From Orbicella franksi (Eukaryota): 64,000 nt of DNA. The stretch is taken from positions 22,072,001 through 22,136,000 of the forward strand of contig OZ116699.1 in the NCBI GenBank assembly GCA_964199315.1, read 5' to 3'. The notes below the pieces were generated by a model, which saw only the letters and a list, made by a program, of their open reading frames with translations, made no database searches and was not told the DNA's origin. Both the position numbers and the translations under genes were made by a program. This document shows positions 13,590 through 25,863 of this stretch, one piece after another; the stretch's first letter is position 1; the number at the start of each line of letters is the position of its first letter.

Positions 13590-14831
13590 TGTTATACCTT
13601 CCAACCCAAAAATAGAAAGAAAAACTGCAAAAAAATTGTTTGCCTGATGCTGGCTGGCACATAAATTTGCCGCAGTTTCAAGGAGCAAGACCTGATCACG
13701 TTCAAGTTGTTGTTTCCCAAGGGAGTTGGTGAGTTTTAACCCGTGACACGTGACATGTTCTCCTCCAATCAGAAAACATATTTGAGCTGGTACAATGTAT
13801 TTATCACTTAACGACTTTTATTTATTAGGTAAGCCGAAGGTACGTTAACTTAAGCTTAAGCTTATCGTAAAAAGATTAATTTTGAATGCGGAGTCCCCAC
13901 CCCCTACCCCCTATCCCCTACCACAACACTGTTGGTAAGCAGGTAAATGTACCTCTACGAAGGCAAAGGAAACTCTTATGTACACATATGCAACGATAAT
14001 TTCCTTTTTCATTAACTGGTCTAGTAGTTATTAAGTTAAACTGCTAAGCAATCAAACACGCGCTTTACCTTATTCTGGACGACTACAGGTGCAGGCCGAG
14101 GTCGTCAAACAAAACGCCTCCTCATTCCGCCTCCTGGCTGCGACAAGCAAAAAAAGTTGAGGCAAGTTAACAACATTTCACCTTCAGAAATATCGCTGGG
14201 TCACGCTGATGAAGAACAAACCTGTGAAAGTGGCGCGCGCTCTATTTTCCTCTGTTTTCTTTCACACGTGCACAATGGCGGAGACGAAATACACTTGCAA
14301 AGAGTAGTGGGAAGTAGCACAACAAAACGGGAAGGGAGGGGAGGCGCGGGTAAAAGAGAAAGACATGGAAAATTTAAAGTTTGGTTGTGATTGGTCACTA
14401 CGTCTGCGAAGTGATTCCGAAGCTTAGAGACATTTAGTGCATCAAGTGGAAATGAGAAAGTAAAGAAAAAAAGTCGGGACTAGTTGACTTTCTAAACGAA
14501 AGCGAGCCACGTGGACAGCTATTCAAAAAGTGATGGGAGTGATTGTGGGAAGATTTCAGATTTCAGATTTTTATTAATTGACACTATTTACAGACATATT
14601 TCACTATCGCACACTATTACAAAAAATTCATTAATTAAAATAAGGAAAATATAATAATAATAAAACCAAAACAAAATGTGCTCAGTGACCAAAGAAGCAT
14701 ATGCTATCGTGTTGGTCACTGACACGTTCAAAAATAAAAGACAAGACACATCAATTAATAGAAACAATGCAATAAAGGAAGTAAAATGTGAATAACAAAA
14801 GTATTCGAAATAAACAAGTTAAATGAATAAA

Positions 14832-17753
14832 TCATAATGCTGAAGAGTAATATTGAGTATTTAAAAGGTATAGTTTATATTGCTTATAAAAGGAAGTGTA
14901 AGGCAGTTTTTTAAATTCTGTTGGAATAATTTCCCAAAGTTTTGATGTAACAAAAGAGAAAGTAGAGGACCCATAGTTATTATTTACTTTTGGCCTATGA
15001 AAATTCAAATTCGCAGCAAATCTTGTATTGTAGGTATGGACTTCAGATGCCTGAGTAAGGGTTCTATGGAATATAGTTGGAATGTTTGTTGAGTCATTTA
15101 AAATTTTATGAGTAAATAGAGCCACTTTTAATTTGTACACATTCTCAAATTTGAGAATTCCTAAAAGATTGTAATATGGTGAAGCATTTTCCCTGCTATA
15201 AGCAAAGAATATGCTTCGGACACATTTATTCTGCTTAGTTATGATTTTACGTAAATTAGTTTTACATGCACTACCCCAACTTATGATAGCATAGGATAAG
15301 TATGGATATATGAAAGAATAATACAATTGTTTCAATGTATGAAGATCAACAAAATATCTTAATTTATTAATAATTGCTATATTTTTTGCTAATTTATTAT
15401 TAATGTGCTGGATCTGCGGTCCCCATTGTAAATTTTGATCCATATAAATACCTAAATACTTAATTTGACTTTTATGTGCAATGTTAGGAATATGTATATA
15501 CGGTCTTAGTCTTGTAGATGAAATTATCATGTAATTAGTCTTGGTAAGATTTATAGATAGTTTGTTGATGATACAATATTTAAAAACTAATTTCAATTCC
15601 TCATTCATGACATACTCAAGCTGATGCAGATTATCACTTGTATAAAACATATTTGTATCATCAGCAAATATACGGAAGGATAGTTTTTTTGAGCAGTTAG
15701 GTAAGTCATTAATATAAAGCAGGAATAGAAGAGGACCCAAAGTTGATCCCTGTGGTATTCCACAACTAATGGTTTCAGGACTAGATTGGATGCTACCAAT
15801 CTTAACAAACTGAGTGCGATTATGTAGATAGTTTTCAAACCAGTTAAGGGTTATTCCTCGTATGCCATAGTGGTTGAGTTTAGATAAAAGAATATTATGA
15901 TTCACAGTATCAAATGCTTTAGAAAAATCTAAAAAAACACCACAGGTAACCAGCTTTTTATCCATTGCCTGTTTGAGGGTGTCAGTGATCTCAAAAATGG
16001 CTTGCTCTGTTGAGTGCCCTTTCCTAAAACCAAACTGATATCTATACAGAATGTTGTGTTTTTCCAGAAAATCATATAGTTGATTATAAATTAATTTTTC
16101 AAGTACCTTACTGAAAGGTGAAAGAGTTGAAATGGGCCTATAGTTTCCTGGGTCAGTTACATCACCACTTTTGTAAACCGGAGTAACTTGAGAGACTTTC
16201 AAAATATTTGGTACAACACCAGTTTGTATTGATTGATTATAGATTTGAGTGAAAGGTACTGATAAGGGTTCAGCTGCTATTTTTATTAAATTATTAGGTA
16301 TATCAATTGATGATTTGTTCTTATCTAATGTCTTAAACAAGTTTGAAACCTGGGTTTCTGTAACAGTGGACATAACAAAACTATTAGCTGGAGATGACAG
16401 GATATATTGTGTAGGGTTTTCAAAGCTATCTTCAATTCTGCTGGCCAAGCTTGGGCCAACATTGACAAAATGTTTATTAAACTGATCAGCAATATCTTCA
16501 TTACTAGTGAAAGTCTTGTTGTTCCTTACTATCCTTTGAGGTGAGGTCTGTCCCTTTGTCTTCCTTTTAATTAAATTACCAATTATTTTCCATGTAGCCT
16601 TTAAGTTATTTTTACACAAGTCAAATTTTTTACAAAAATAGGCTTTCTTATTAATGTTTTTGAGATGGTTTAATCTATTTGAGTATTTTTTAAATTCACA
16701 AATTTTGACTGGGTCATTGGATAGATAATGGGTTTTGTACATAGCATGTTTAGTTTTAATGGATTTGAGCATTCCCTTTGAGATCCAAGGTTTTCTTAAT
16801 TGCTTTTGTCTATTTCTAGACACTTGTTTTAGGGGTGCATGCTTATTGACAATTAATTTGAGTGTATTAATAGTTCTAGCTGTTGTTTCATGCAAATTAT
16901 TACATTTACCAGAGATGAAATTCCAATCCACAGCACTGATGTCTTGAAGATATGATTCAGGGTTGAACTTACTGTAGTCTCTGAAGTAAAGTTGCCCACT
17001 TTGTTTTCTAAGTGATGTTTCGACTGTGCAGAAAATTGGTAAATGATCTGAGATATCAATGGCTATAACCCCTGAGATCAACCTGTTAACTGTATTTGTA
17101 TAAATATGATCAATTAAGGTCGCAGTATGACTGGTGATTCTAGTGGGTTTTGTTATCACTGGTAATAGATTGTGGGAATAAATCATGTCAAGGTATCTAC
17201 CTGTTTGCAGGTGTGTGTGATGTTTTAAAAGGTCAATATTCATATCCCCTAATATATATACTTCATATCTGTTCATATTTAATTCTTGCAGGAATTCATT
17301 GAGTATCGATGTGAATTCATCCACATTTGCAGATGGGTACTTATAAATGCAGCCAATCATAATATGCTTCTTATTGTTACCAGGGTCAATTTCAACCCAA
17401 CAGGATTCTACTGATGAAAGATCTATTATCAAGTCAGGCCTGGGGATAGTTTTAAGAGTATCATTGACATAAATAGCTGTGCCTCCTGCAAGTTTTGGTG
17501 AATCACTATGAAAAAAATTGTAATTTGATAGGTCTACATTTGAGATCGAATTAGGATTTAATCTGGTTTCTGTGACAGCAATTATGTCTGGCCTTGAATC
17601 AATAGAGTACAGCATGTCATTCAGTAAGGTCAAGTTTTTTGGCAAACTTCTAATATTACAATGGAAAAGAGAAATACCTTTACCTTGAGCATTACATAGG
17701 ATATTATCAAGCTTAGGGATATCATAGTATTCAGACTGAGTATTTATAAACAT
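14832..17753 (-). CDS. LINE ORF2: AP endonuclease plus reverse transcriptase, 973 aa, uninterrupted
   Basis: APE motifs HCNIRSL, VTETRL, GDMNID, LIDHIY, SDHLPI. RT motifs NYRPIS, FLDFSKAFDTV, GIPQGSTLGPLLFLLYINDL, FADDT, KYLG. Confidence 0.95.
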   Translation of the reverse strand: MFINTQSEYYDIPKLDNILCNAQGKGISLFHCNIRSLPKNLTLLNDMLYSIDSRPDIIAVTETRLNPNSISNVDLSNYNFFHSDSPKLAGGTAIYVNDTLKTIPRPDLIIDLSSVESCWVEIDPGNNKKHIMIGCIYKYPSANVDEFTSILNEFLQELNMNRYEVYILGDMNIDLLKHHTHLQTGRYLDMIYSHNLLPVITKPTRITSHTATLIDHIYTNTVNRLISGVIAIDISDHLPIFCTVETSLRKQSGQLYFRDYSKFNPESYLQDISAVDWNFISGKCNNLHETTARTINTLKLIVNKHAPLKQVSRNRQKQLRKPWISKGMLKSIKTKHAMYKTHYLSNDPVKICEFKKYSNRLNHLKNINKKAYFCKKFDLCKNNLKATWKIIGNLIKRKTKGQTSPQRIVRNNKTFTSNEDIADQFNKHFVNVGPSLASRIEDSFENPTQYILSSPANSFVMSTVTETQVSNLFKTLDKNKSSIDIPNNLIKIAAEPLSVPFTQIYNQSIQTGVVPNILKVSQVTPVYKSGDVTDPGNYRPISTLSPFSKVLEKLIYNQLYDFLEKHNILYRYQFGFRKGHSTEQAIFEITDTLKQAMDKKLVTCGVFLDFSKAFDTVNHNILLSKLNHYGIRGITLNWFENYLHNRTQFVKIGSIQSSPETISCGIPQGSTLGPLLFLLYINDLPNCSKKLSFRIFADDTNMFYTSDNLHQLEYVMNEELKLVFKYCIINKLSINLTKTNYMIISSTRLRPYIHIPNIAHKSQIKYLGIYMDQNLQWGPQIQHINNKLAKNIAIINKLRYFVDLHTLKQLYYSFIYPYLSYAIISWGSACKTNLRKIITKQNKCVRSIFFAYSRENASPYYNLLGILKFENVYKLKVALFTHKILNDSTNIPTIFHRTLTQASEVHTYNTRFAANLNFHRPKVNNNYGSSTFSFVTSKLWEIIPTEFKKLPYTSFYKQYKLYLLNTQYYSSAL

Positions 17754-17958
17754 TAGATCAGGGTCAGCTTCATCATTTTTATCTGGATTTGGTAGAAGGT
17801 TGTAAAGATCAAGCTCGATTAATTGATTTATATTCCTAGACCAATTACTAATAGCAAAGCTAAATTCCCTGTCGTCTAAATTATAGAAGGGAAGAAATTG
17901 CAGAGTGTTTACGACGTAGAATTTGACAATTTAGAGCGGTACATTAAGAGATTATTTT

Positions 17959-18410
17959 CTAAGTATTGCTTATCTGGTCGAGGTAGTCCTCAAACTCTTC
18001 ATGCGTAGTAAAAGCTTCTGTGGCAGACGTTTCACTAACTTTCAGCATGATCTTGCCATTACTGGTCCACAGGAACTTGACATTGTTCTTCCTCTTGTAT
18101 TCCTTGATTCGTCCAAAGAGCCTTTTACGGTAGCCGGTCAAGGACTCGTTTATGTAGATCTTGTTACTTCGAGAGATGGATTCGCCTATTTCAGTTTGTA
18201 AAGAAGGCAAATGTCGAATATTCTTTCCAACAAGATGTTTGCGTTTCTTAAATACTTCTTCTCTCTTGTCCCTTTGGAGAAATTTAACAATCATTCGATT
18301 TTTTACATTTTTCGAGTCTGGAAGCCTGTGAGCAGCAGCAATATGGCTGTCGTCGATCTCTGCCCCAATTAACGTGCCAATTTCTTTAACAAGCTGTATA
18401 GGGTTATCAT
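17959..18410 (-). pseudogene. LINE ORF1 C-terminal part (RRM-like plus FP-like C-terminal domain), 5'-truncated
   Basis: In-frame DNPIQLVKEIG...IAAAHRLP...MIVKF...IYINESLT...FLWTSNGKIML, typical of CR1/L2-group ORF1. An in-frame stop lies just upstream, at about 18417. Confidence 0.75.
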
Positions 18411-18601
18411 GACTTCATCAGCGCGCCAAAATGAACGGCAGCCATGATGACGCTTTGCATTTGCTTTGCAGGAAACTATTGAAAGGAAGTCAGCGAAAAT
18501 ACTTAAATCTCGCTTTTCGAATCTTTCATTTCCTCTTTCAATGGCATCCCCTCTCTTTATCACCGCACGATCTCTGCGCACCATTTGCTGAAACCGTTAA
18601 G

Positions 18602-19730
18602 CAGGGGCGTAGCCAAGTTTTTTCAAAGGGAGATCCACACTGTGTCAAAGTGCGGTCACCCCACAACGCAGACCATGCAGACTGCAGACCGCAGACTGCA
18701 GACCGTGCAGACCATGCAGACTGTGCCGAGTGAGTGCTTTTTTCCTAACACTTGACTCACTTTTTTCGCTTCTAGTAACAAAATAGTTTTCAATATGTCC
18801 TAATGTTTGTTATTTATCCTCAGGCGGCACAAACTCAATATCTGACTGTTGATTCACGCGTTTAATAGACTTTCTATGGGAAATTCCCTTTACTGGTCCT
18901 AAATGTACTAAAATCAAGCATAAATATAAACTTCCATATATTCTGGGCGCCAATTGCGACAATTTTCGACGGGTTTGTGGTTTAATTTATTTTGTCCTAT
19001 TTGTTGTTGTTGTTGTTGTTTTTTTTTTCGATTTTCTTAGTCTTCGTTCTCCTCTTAACTGATTCATAAAACAAAGCAAGGACGGTGACTCTAAGCGACC
19101 TCGCTCCACAAATCGCTTTTGCTTCACAAAGCACAGAATCGCCATTAGACCAGGAGTATTTGATTCCCTCTTTCGCTTAGTTGAACATGACCGTAAGTAA
19201 ACCTCGAGGAAAAAAAATGCTCGCATGAATTTTTTCCTCGAGGTATTCTCATGCGTCAGGCACGGTGGACTAAGCGAAAGAGGGATCACTCGTAGATCGC
19301 CATAAAAACAGAACTGCCTTAAGGACAGATAAATTAACCATCGCATCAACTCATCACGGTAACCGTACTGCCCTGAGAATTTCAAATGCTATTCGGTTTT
19401 CTGTGATCGATCTTTCCATGCGCTAGGCTTTTTTTGGCTTGATCGCAGTCACACTCCAACAGCCATTTGGAATTACGCGATTCAAAAGTAAATGCAAAAA
19501 CAAGAATAAGAAAAAAAAGTACTCAGTCTGTACAGTCTGCATGGTCTGCACGGTCTGCGGTCTGCAGTCTGCAGTCTGCATGGTCTGCGTTTTGGGGTGA
19601 CCGGTCAAAGTGAGGGTACTCACTGGATTGTTGTGTCGTTTTCGCCACCTGTTGTAGGTTGTTTGCTAAAAAAGGCTTACAAAAAAGGGGGGGTCACGGG
19701 CATCCCAGGACCCCCCTAGCTACGTCCCTG
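18602..19730. mobile_element. Short MITE (about 170 bp when empty) hosting the MULE-like element
   Basis: Termini CAGGGGCGTAGCCA / CAGGGACGTAGCTA, flanked by TTAAG on both sides. Confidence 0.6.
18653..19603. mobile_element. MULE/Mutator-like non-autonomous element with 9-bp TSD
   Basis: TIR CGGTCACCCCA.AACGCAGACCATGCAGACTGCAGA with subterminal GCAGAC(T/C) repeats. Perfect TSD GTCAAAGTG at 18644-18652 and 19604-19612. Confidence 0.78.
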
Positions 19731-21787
19731 TTAAGGGTATGAACGGGATTTATCTGAAAGTTGGGAAAGGCTGAAATATTTTAATACAATTGCCCCTGAC
19801 AACTCGTGAGACTTTTTTTATCTGATTGCATGGTCATAAAAATTCTTATTAACTTTCACTGAGGTGAAATACAGTTTAGATGACAATGTAAGCGCCCTCT
19901 CTGATAATCTTTTCCTTCCAGAAGCAACACAAAACATTTCAACCTGATCTCATGGTAAATTACACCTTCGAGCTACACTGAAAAGGTAATTAAGAATAAA
20001 CTAAGAAGCGTGTACTACACTATAAAAAAAACCAAGACGAAAATTTGAGAACACGAGAGATTAAAAAGAATATAAAACAGGGCCCAATTTATCCAAATTT
20101 TCCCAACTTCCAGTTGTGAACGTTAAATGCTGACAGCGCAATACACGGTCTTAACTTCTTTAGATGCTTTATGATATAGACTTGACTCTCAAGACAATAA
20201 ACACGGTTTGATAGACGGTAGACTGAATATCTGCAAGCGCAAAATCCACTCTATCGTCCATATTACGAAATCTAATGATACACAGCGTTTTAACCAATCA
20301 GAGCTCGTTGAGGCAAAGTAAAGTAATTAAGTAAAAACTAAACAGAAACTAAACTTTACAATAAAGTGCAACAAATTCAGGTTTGTCGGTAGTCTTACGT
20401 CTTGTTCTTGTTAGCTCTTTTTAGTCTTCACCTCGTTTCCGAGACACTTCGCAGATTTCTACAGAGTGCGAATCGCGACTCTCAAGGTGTTATATTGTAA
20501 AGTTGTAGAATTAAAAGAAAGAAGAGAGGCATGCGCACTGAGAGTTGAGACGCCTGTTTACTGAGACCAATCATAATTGTCTTGATATGCATTAAGTTTT
20601 CACTAAGGATCGGAAGGGTAGCAGCTGCGCTGAACTCTATTTCGCATTTTCAGTGTGCGAGCCCTGACCAGTGTGCGAGCCCTAACCTTGTGCCAGACAC
20701 TTTACTTTCTAACAAATAGAGGGGTGGGGGTGGGGGATAAAATAATATTAATCCTTTCAGACCTTTAGTGGTTTGCTTTATATTTTCATCCAGTTTTTCT
20801 TTCGATACAAATATAAGTTGCCATCATGACATTAGCCTCATGTGCATTATGTGGACCTACTTTTACCACTGTTACCTACAAAAGGCAACCATGCTGCAAG
20901 TTTTGGGAAAAGGCTCTTTCTTAACTAGCAAATAATTTAAATAAACCTTGCAGATAGTGTCACATGGCTTATAAGAAGAACACCCAAACGGCCTAGTCAT
21001 CCATCGCTGTCAAGAGTGATAAGTTCGTTGTAGTTCGTGAGCAGACTCTCTTGTTTGTTTTTTCGTAGGTGGCATCTCCTCCACTCACGAAAACCTGAAG
21101 CAAAAGAGCCTTCTCTTCGAAGACTAAGCTGGTTGCAGCCAAACGTTTCTACTAAATAAATGGTCGGCAAACACGTGACATTGTTAGAAATCTCGTGTTT
21201 TCTAAGTTTCGTGTGACGGGTTGCTAGGCAACATAACATGAGCCATACAACGAAGGAACTAGCACTAACTGATTGGACGACAAGAATCAGATTACTACGA
21301 GAACTTCCGTTCCCCCGCCTGTATGTCTGTGCCTCATTTGTGATCATGATCTAAACCGTCAACATGTCTCTGTAAACAACAGTTCCAAGGAGATCTTGTA
21401 GAATGCGATCGTGGATGTGAATAAACAGAGGAATGTAAAGTCCAGGAAAACCAAAGAAGCCGTCCTGCGGAGGATTTTTAACGGCTGTTCGTTTTGGTCA
21501 GCTGGTAAACCTCCGGCTGTGAGTCGTAACATAAGTTCCTCAAGCGAGATGGTCTTCTTTGCTTCGTCTACATAGCACAGAAACAGTCGCTGAAAATGAA
21601 AAGATAGGTTGTTACTAGAGCTTTTAACTTAAGATGTTCGGAAGCAGCTAAGTGTACACTCTGACTTCACTTTTAGCTTCACAAAATGAACAAAATGATC
21701 AACTAAGCGAAAGCATTAAATTGATTCTCAATTGTAAGCTGATAAAGGTAAATTCACCGTGGTCGCGACTTTGGTACTGAGGGCTTA

Positions 21788-22152
21788 GGCCCCGTCCACA
21801 CTATCACACTACGCTGGAGAAATTTGAAAACGATGTTTTCACTCTGAAAACACTTCAAATGTTTCATTCCGTGCACGCTACACCGGAGAAATTTGAAAAC
21901 ACAACAATTACCTGTAACTCGGGCAGGAAAATCACATGATGATCGTCATGTCATCGTTTTCGAAAAGCTCCGTTTTCAAAATGTTTTCCGTCAACACGAA
22001 AACCAAAAGCCGGCGTTTTCAAATTCTCCCGGTTTGAAGAAGGGCGTTTTCGAGAAAGCTCCGTTTTCGTGACAGGTTAGTGTGGACGGTTGGCCTAACC
22101 GTAGAAAAAAAGCTGCGTTTTCAAATTTACCCGGCGTAGTGTGGACGGGGCT
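21788..22152. mobile_element. PIF/Harbinger-type MITE
   Basis: TIR GGCCCCGTCCACACT / AGTGTGGACGGGGCT with TTA/TAA flanks. Confidence 0.7.
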
Positions 22153-22656
22153 TAATTATCGATCGAAACGCTAACTTTTGAATTTCAAACTCGCTAATTG
22201 GGCATCACTAAAAAAACGTGCATGCAGCTCTGGCCAATCACAAGATAGAATGTGTCCTTTTGTCCCATCAGGATTCAGCATATGCCACGGCTTTTCGTCC
22301 AGTACGAACAGAAAGCTGTAGTTTGGCTGCGTTTTGTGTACTCTCTTTTCTTCGACCGAAACCTGTGCTGCTTAAAGAGGAAATGAGTTTCACTTCGCTG
22401 GCCTAGATTTCTGTGCGCAAGCTGTGTAATGTAAACCCAACGAAAGTGTTTACATAGGACTGAAATGAGTTCAACTCCCACAGGGTTGCTTTGGTACACC
22501 AACATGTCCTCCGTTTCATTGTTTCGGAAGTGGAAATGCCCTGTAGCTGTTACCCCAAAGTCGTGTTTGTAAACAAAATAATTGTCCTAGTTTTGGTACT
22601 AAAAGGACATCGTCTCGCATACCGACGGAACAAACATCGTTGGTGTCGATTTACAC

Positions 22657-23027
22657 GGGCAGTATAAAACACGCATTGGGGACTGGGGACTGGGGACTGG
22701 GGACTGTGGACTGCGAACTGTGAACTGTGGACTGCGGACTGTGGACTGCGGACTGCGGACTGCGGACTGCGGATTGCGGATTGCGGACTGCGAACTGCGG
22801 ACTGCGGACTGCGGACTGCGGACTGCGGACTGCGGACTGCGGACTGCGGACTGCGGACTGCAGACAACAGATTACGGACTACGGACTGGGTATAAAAGAC
22901 AGACTTATGCATAAAACGCGGACTAAGCATTACGGACTGGGCATAAAACGCGCGCGGACTCAGGTATAAAATGGGGACTGTGGACTAAATGCGGCCTCCC
23001 GACTGCAGTCCATGTTTTTCACTGACC
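22657..23027. repeat. Short element carrying a (GGACTGC)n heptamer array at about 22680-22862
   Basis: About 25 heptamer copies with variants, between imperfect TIRs GGGCAGTATAAAAC / GTTTTTCACTGACC. Confidence 0.8.
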
Positions 23028-23087
23028 AGTCGTAACTAATATTACATAAGACATGTATAAACGAGAACAAACCCTCTCGTATACACG

Positions 23088-23332
23088 TGCTTTGGGATCA
23101 ATTCATTTGTTTTTGCCCCTGCTGAAGGGAGACCAATTTCACGCCTACCTAACAGCTCAGGCACAAAATGCTTTCCCTAGAATTTTTTTTAACATACCAA
23201 GCCTGCTTTGTGATCAATTCATTTGCTTTCGCCCCTGCTGAAGGGAGACCAATTTCACGCCTACCTAACAGTTCAGGCACAAAATGCTGTCCCTAGAATT
23301 TTTGTTTTTTTTTTCTTTAACATACCAAGCCT
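23088..23332 (+). repeat. Tandem duplication, unit about 117 bp, two copies
   Basis: TGCTTTG(G/T)GATCAATTCATTTG...AACATACCAAGCC repeated at 23088 and 23205. Confidence 0.85.
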
Positions 23333-24224
23333 ACCAAAACTCGAACACTCTTTAATCTACGATTACTACTAGTATCATAAGCAAACCTATGTGGTGATCA
23401 AATGACCACTTAAATTGGTCCCGTTGGATTTATGATTGACAGGCTCAAGCAGCCTCATAGCACACAGAGGCTCGCTTCGTGAAAAAAGGCAAGGTCATAA
23501 GAGAATTCCGAAAACCATTCTTGTTTATGGATTTCATTCACTGCTGGTTAAAAAATCAGTAACAAGGGTTTTCACGACACTCACTCAATCTTTATTTTTT
23601 CTTAACATTTTACAACCACAGCCTAAATTATTTTTCTTTTCAATTAAACAGTTCTTCGTGATTTTCAAAAGTTACAAATTAAACAAAATAACGATTGATT
23701 ATAAACAATTGTTGGAAATTATTACGTTAATATGTAAAGTAGAATGTGTTTGTTTATAAGCTTAACTCTTCCTAAAAATCACAGAACTAGCTCTAAAATA
23801 CGAAATTGTGAATAAACATGAATGCCTTACCTTCTGTTTGGTGCCGTTATAAAAAGCTACGAACACCCTTAACTCTTAGCTCCGGACAATGGACCTTTTT
23901 AACGACGTCACGCTTTTCCTATTTTTTCTATTTCCCATTTTTGTTAAAGAAACGTCATGACTCATGAATTAAAAAAAAAAACTAAGACAGGCCTTAGTTC
24001 GTAACTGACCTTTTTTCAGAAAAAAAGATGCAAATAGCACAACTTACATTCAGACGGTCATAGCTCGTTATGGAGCAAAGAGTCTTAGACCTCAGTTAAG
24101 TGACTGATATTCATGAAAATTACATCAGCTAAATTAACCAATGTTTTTCTATCAGGGTTCTTTATCAATAACGGCCGTATATATAGTTTTCGGTTTTTTC
24201 TTTTTTTGTTGTGTTTTATTGCGT

Positions 24225-25863
24225 TTATTCTTTATCCTTGATCGTATAACGCGTAGCTGCAGTGTGAGTCTGAGTTGAGCCCAGTTCAGTCTCTGGAGAT
24301 ATCTCACTCCCTCTATTGCATCCCAAAAGCTTTTTAAACTCCTTCCGGTACTCTTTGTTAGTGAAACAATAAATCAAAGGATTCATGCAAGAATTAATAA
24401 ACACCAGTACATTAAAACCCTTATGCACTGGGCTGCCAATTTTTGTGATACCAAAAGGACTGAGAATGTAGATGGTCTGCGAAGGAAAACCGCAAACTGT
24501 CAAGGCTGCTGCAGTTAAAGCGCACATGCGCAGTAGTAGTCTCTGCCGCCTCCGTTTGTTTACACTCTCAGTACTTTCTCCGGGGGATGACGGGAGATTA
24601 ATTGCGATATGGCCAAACGTTATCCATGTCAACAGACAAGGAATGTAAAATGCGATGAAACTGTATGCGATAATAAAAGCCCGTGTACCGTACTTGCCGT
24701 ACGGAGCTTTCTGCGAAATGCACTTTTTGCCAGCAAGTTTTGTCTCGATCAACTTATTCATGGAAAGAATACACGTGATAATAAACATGACGAAAACGTA
24801 AAGGATGATACGTTTTCTGCTAAACTGATCCTTATATCTGATTGGCCGAAGCACGCAGTACCATCGCTCGATAGCAAGGCAGGCCACAAGAAGGATGGAA
24901 ACTTTTCCCATTGCAAACAGAAGATATCTGTTTGCGAACAGGCGACAAAAAATCTCGCCGCCTAATCCGAGAGGGACTGGGTATGCGGACTTTGCAATGG
25001 CGTATCCAGGAGTAGCTACGAGGAAGACTCCTGAAAGAAAAAGAATGCATCAGCACTGACGAATATAGAAACGTTAATTGACGCTTGTTTCGTTGTAGCC
25101 TAAAAGAAAGCCTGCTGATGTATGTTCTTCACTGCTCATAACATAATACAAATACAAAGGTAGGTGACTCGAAGGCAAGTGTACATAGAGTTCATAATGT
25201 AGGGTGCACACTCTACACTCGCACTGTGCACGGTGTTCAAGGTTTCGAATCCATTTGAGGCCTGGATAGCAAACATGCACTGCGGGATTGGTAAAATTGT
25301 GGTTTCGTTCCGGGACTGAATGTCCATACAACTTGAGTAATCACTGATATAAAGGTTACTATATTGATTTAGCCCCGGCGCACTTGCAGCTCGTCAGTAA
25401 AAGCGGAAAACGGGGAGCGCGGGACTTCATGGTTAGGCAGTGAATGTGGCAACTTTGCTTCTGTAAATGACCCACAACACCAAGCGCACCTCGCTCCAAC
25501 TTAGGGACGCCTGGGCGGAAGGCAAGGCTATTATGAGCACCAGTTTACAGTTCCCCTTTATCACACTTTCAAGATAACCATTTAAAGTGACGACAACCTA
25601 TCAAAACAGAGACTAAATGACTCACAAGTTGTCTACTCACCAGTCAGCATATCTACCACTGCTAAACTGAACAGTAGGATATTGTGGGGTTTCTTTAACA
25701 GGGAGGGTTTCCTCAGAAGCACGATACAGAATGACAAGTTGAATGTAAAGGAAGCAACAGCAATCACCCAGAATGACACTTGAAGGGCGTGGTCCAGGCT
25801 TTTCGAAGGCGGAGGATTGGGACTGACTGTCGACGGGGGAAGTGAAGTGCTGTTGCCTTCCAT
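24225..25863 (-). CDS. Class A (rhodopsin-like) orphan GPCR, 342 aa; exons 25641-25863 and 24225-25030
   Basis: A phase-1 GT-AG intron joins TM1-TM2 (FNL, LAVVD) to TM3-TM7 with an EIFC Cys, LAIERW (DRY-like), FYIP, CGFP and NSCMNPLIY. N-terminal NST glycosylation sequon. Resembles expanded cnidarian peptide-receptor-like families. Confidence 0.9.

Larger units (their letters stand above)
14551..18410 (-). mobile_element. L2/Crack-type (CR1 group) LINE, 5'-truncated within ORF1
   Basis: ORF1 remnant plus a full APE-RT ORF2. The 3'UTR has an 11-bp-stem hairpin (14682-14722), AATAAA and a tandem (AAATCTG)-type tail at 14551-14570. No TSD recognised. Confidence 0.88.

Noticed and set aside
20997-21590. 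Exon-like region with a strong acceptor near 21590 and a 116-aa ORF
   Set aside because: No recognisable protein in any frame and no partner exons; possibly non-coding or UTR.
22550-22969. ORFs of 64-126 aa (SPQSAVR / LRTADCG repeats)
   Set aside because: Artefacts of the GGACTGC heptamer array.
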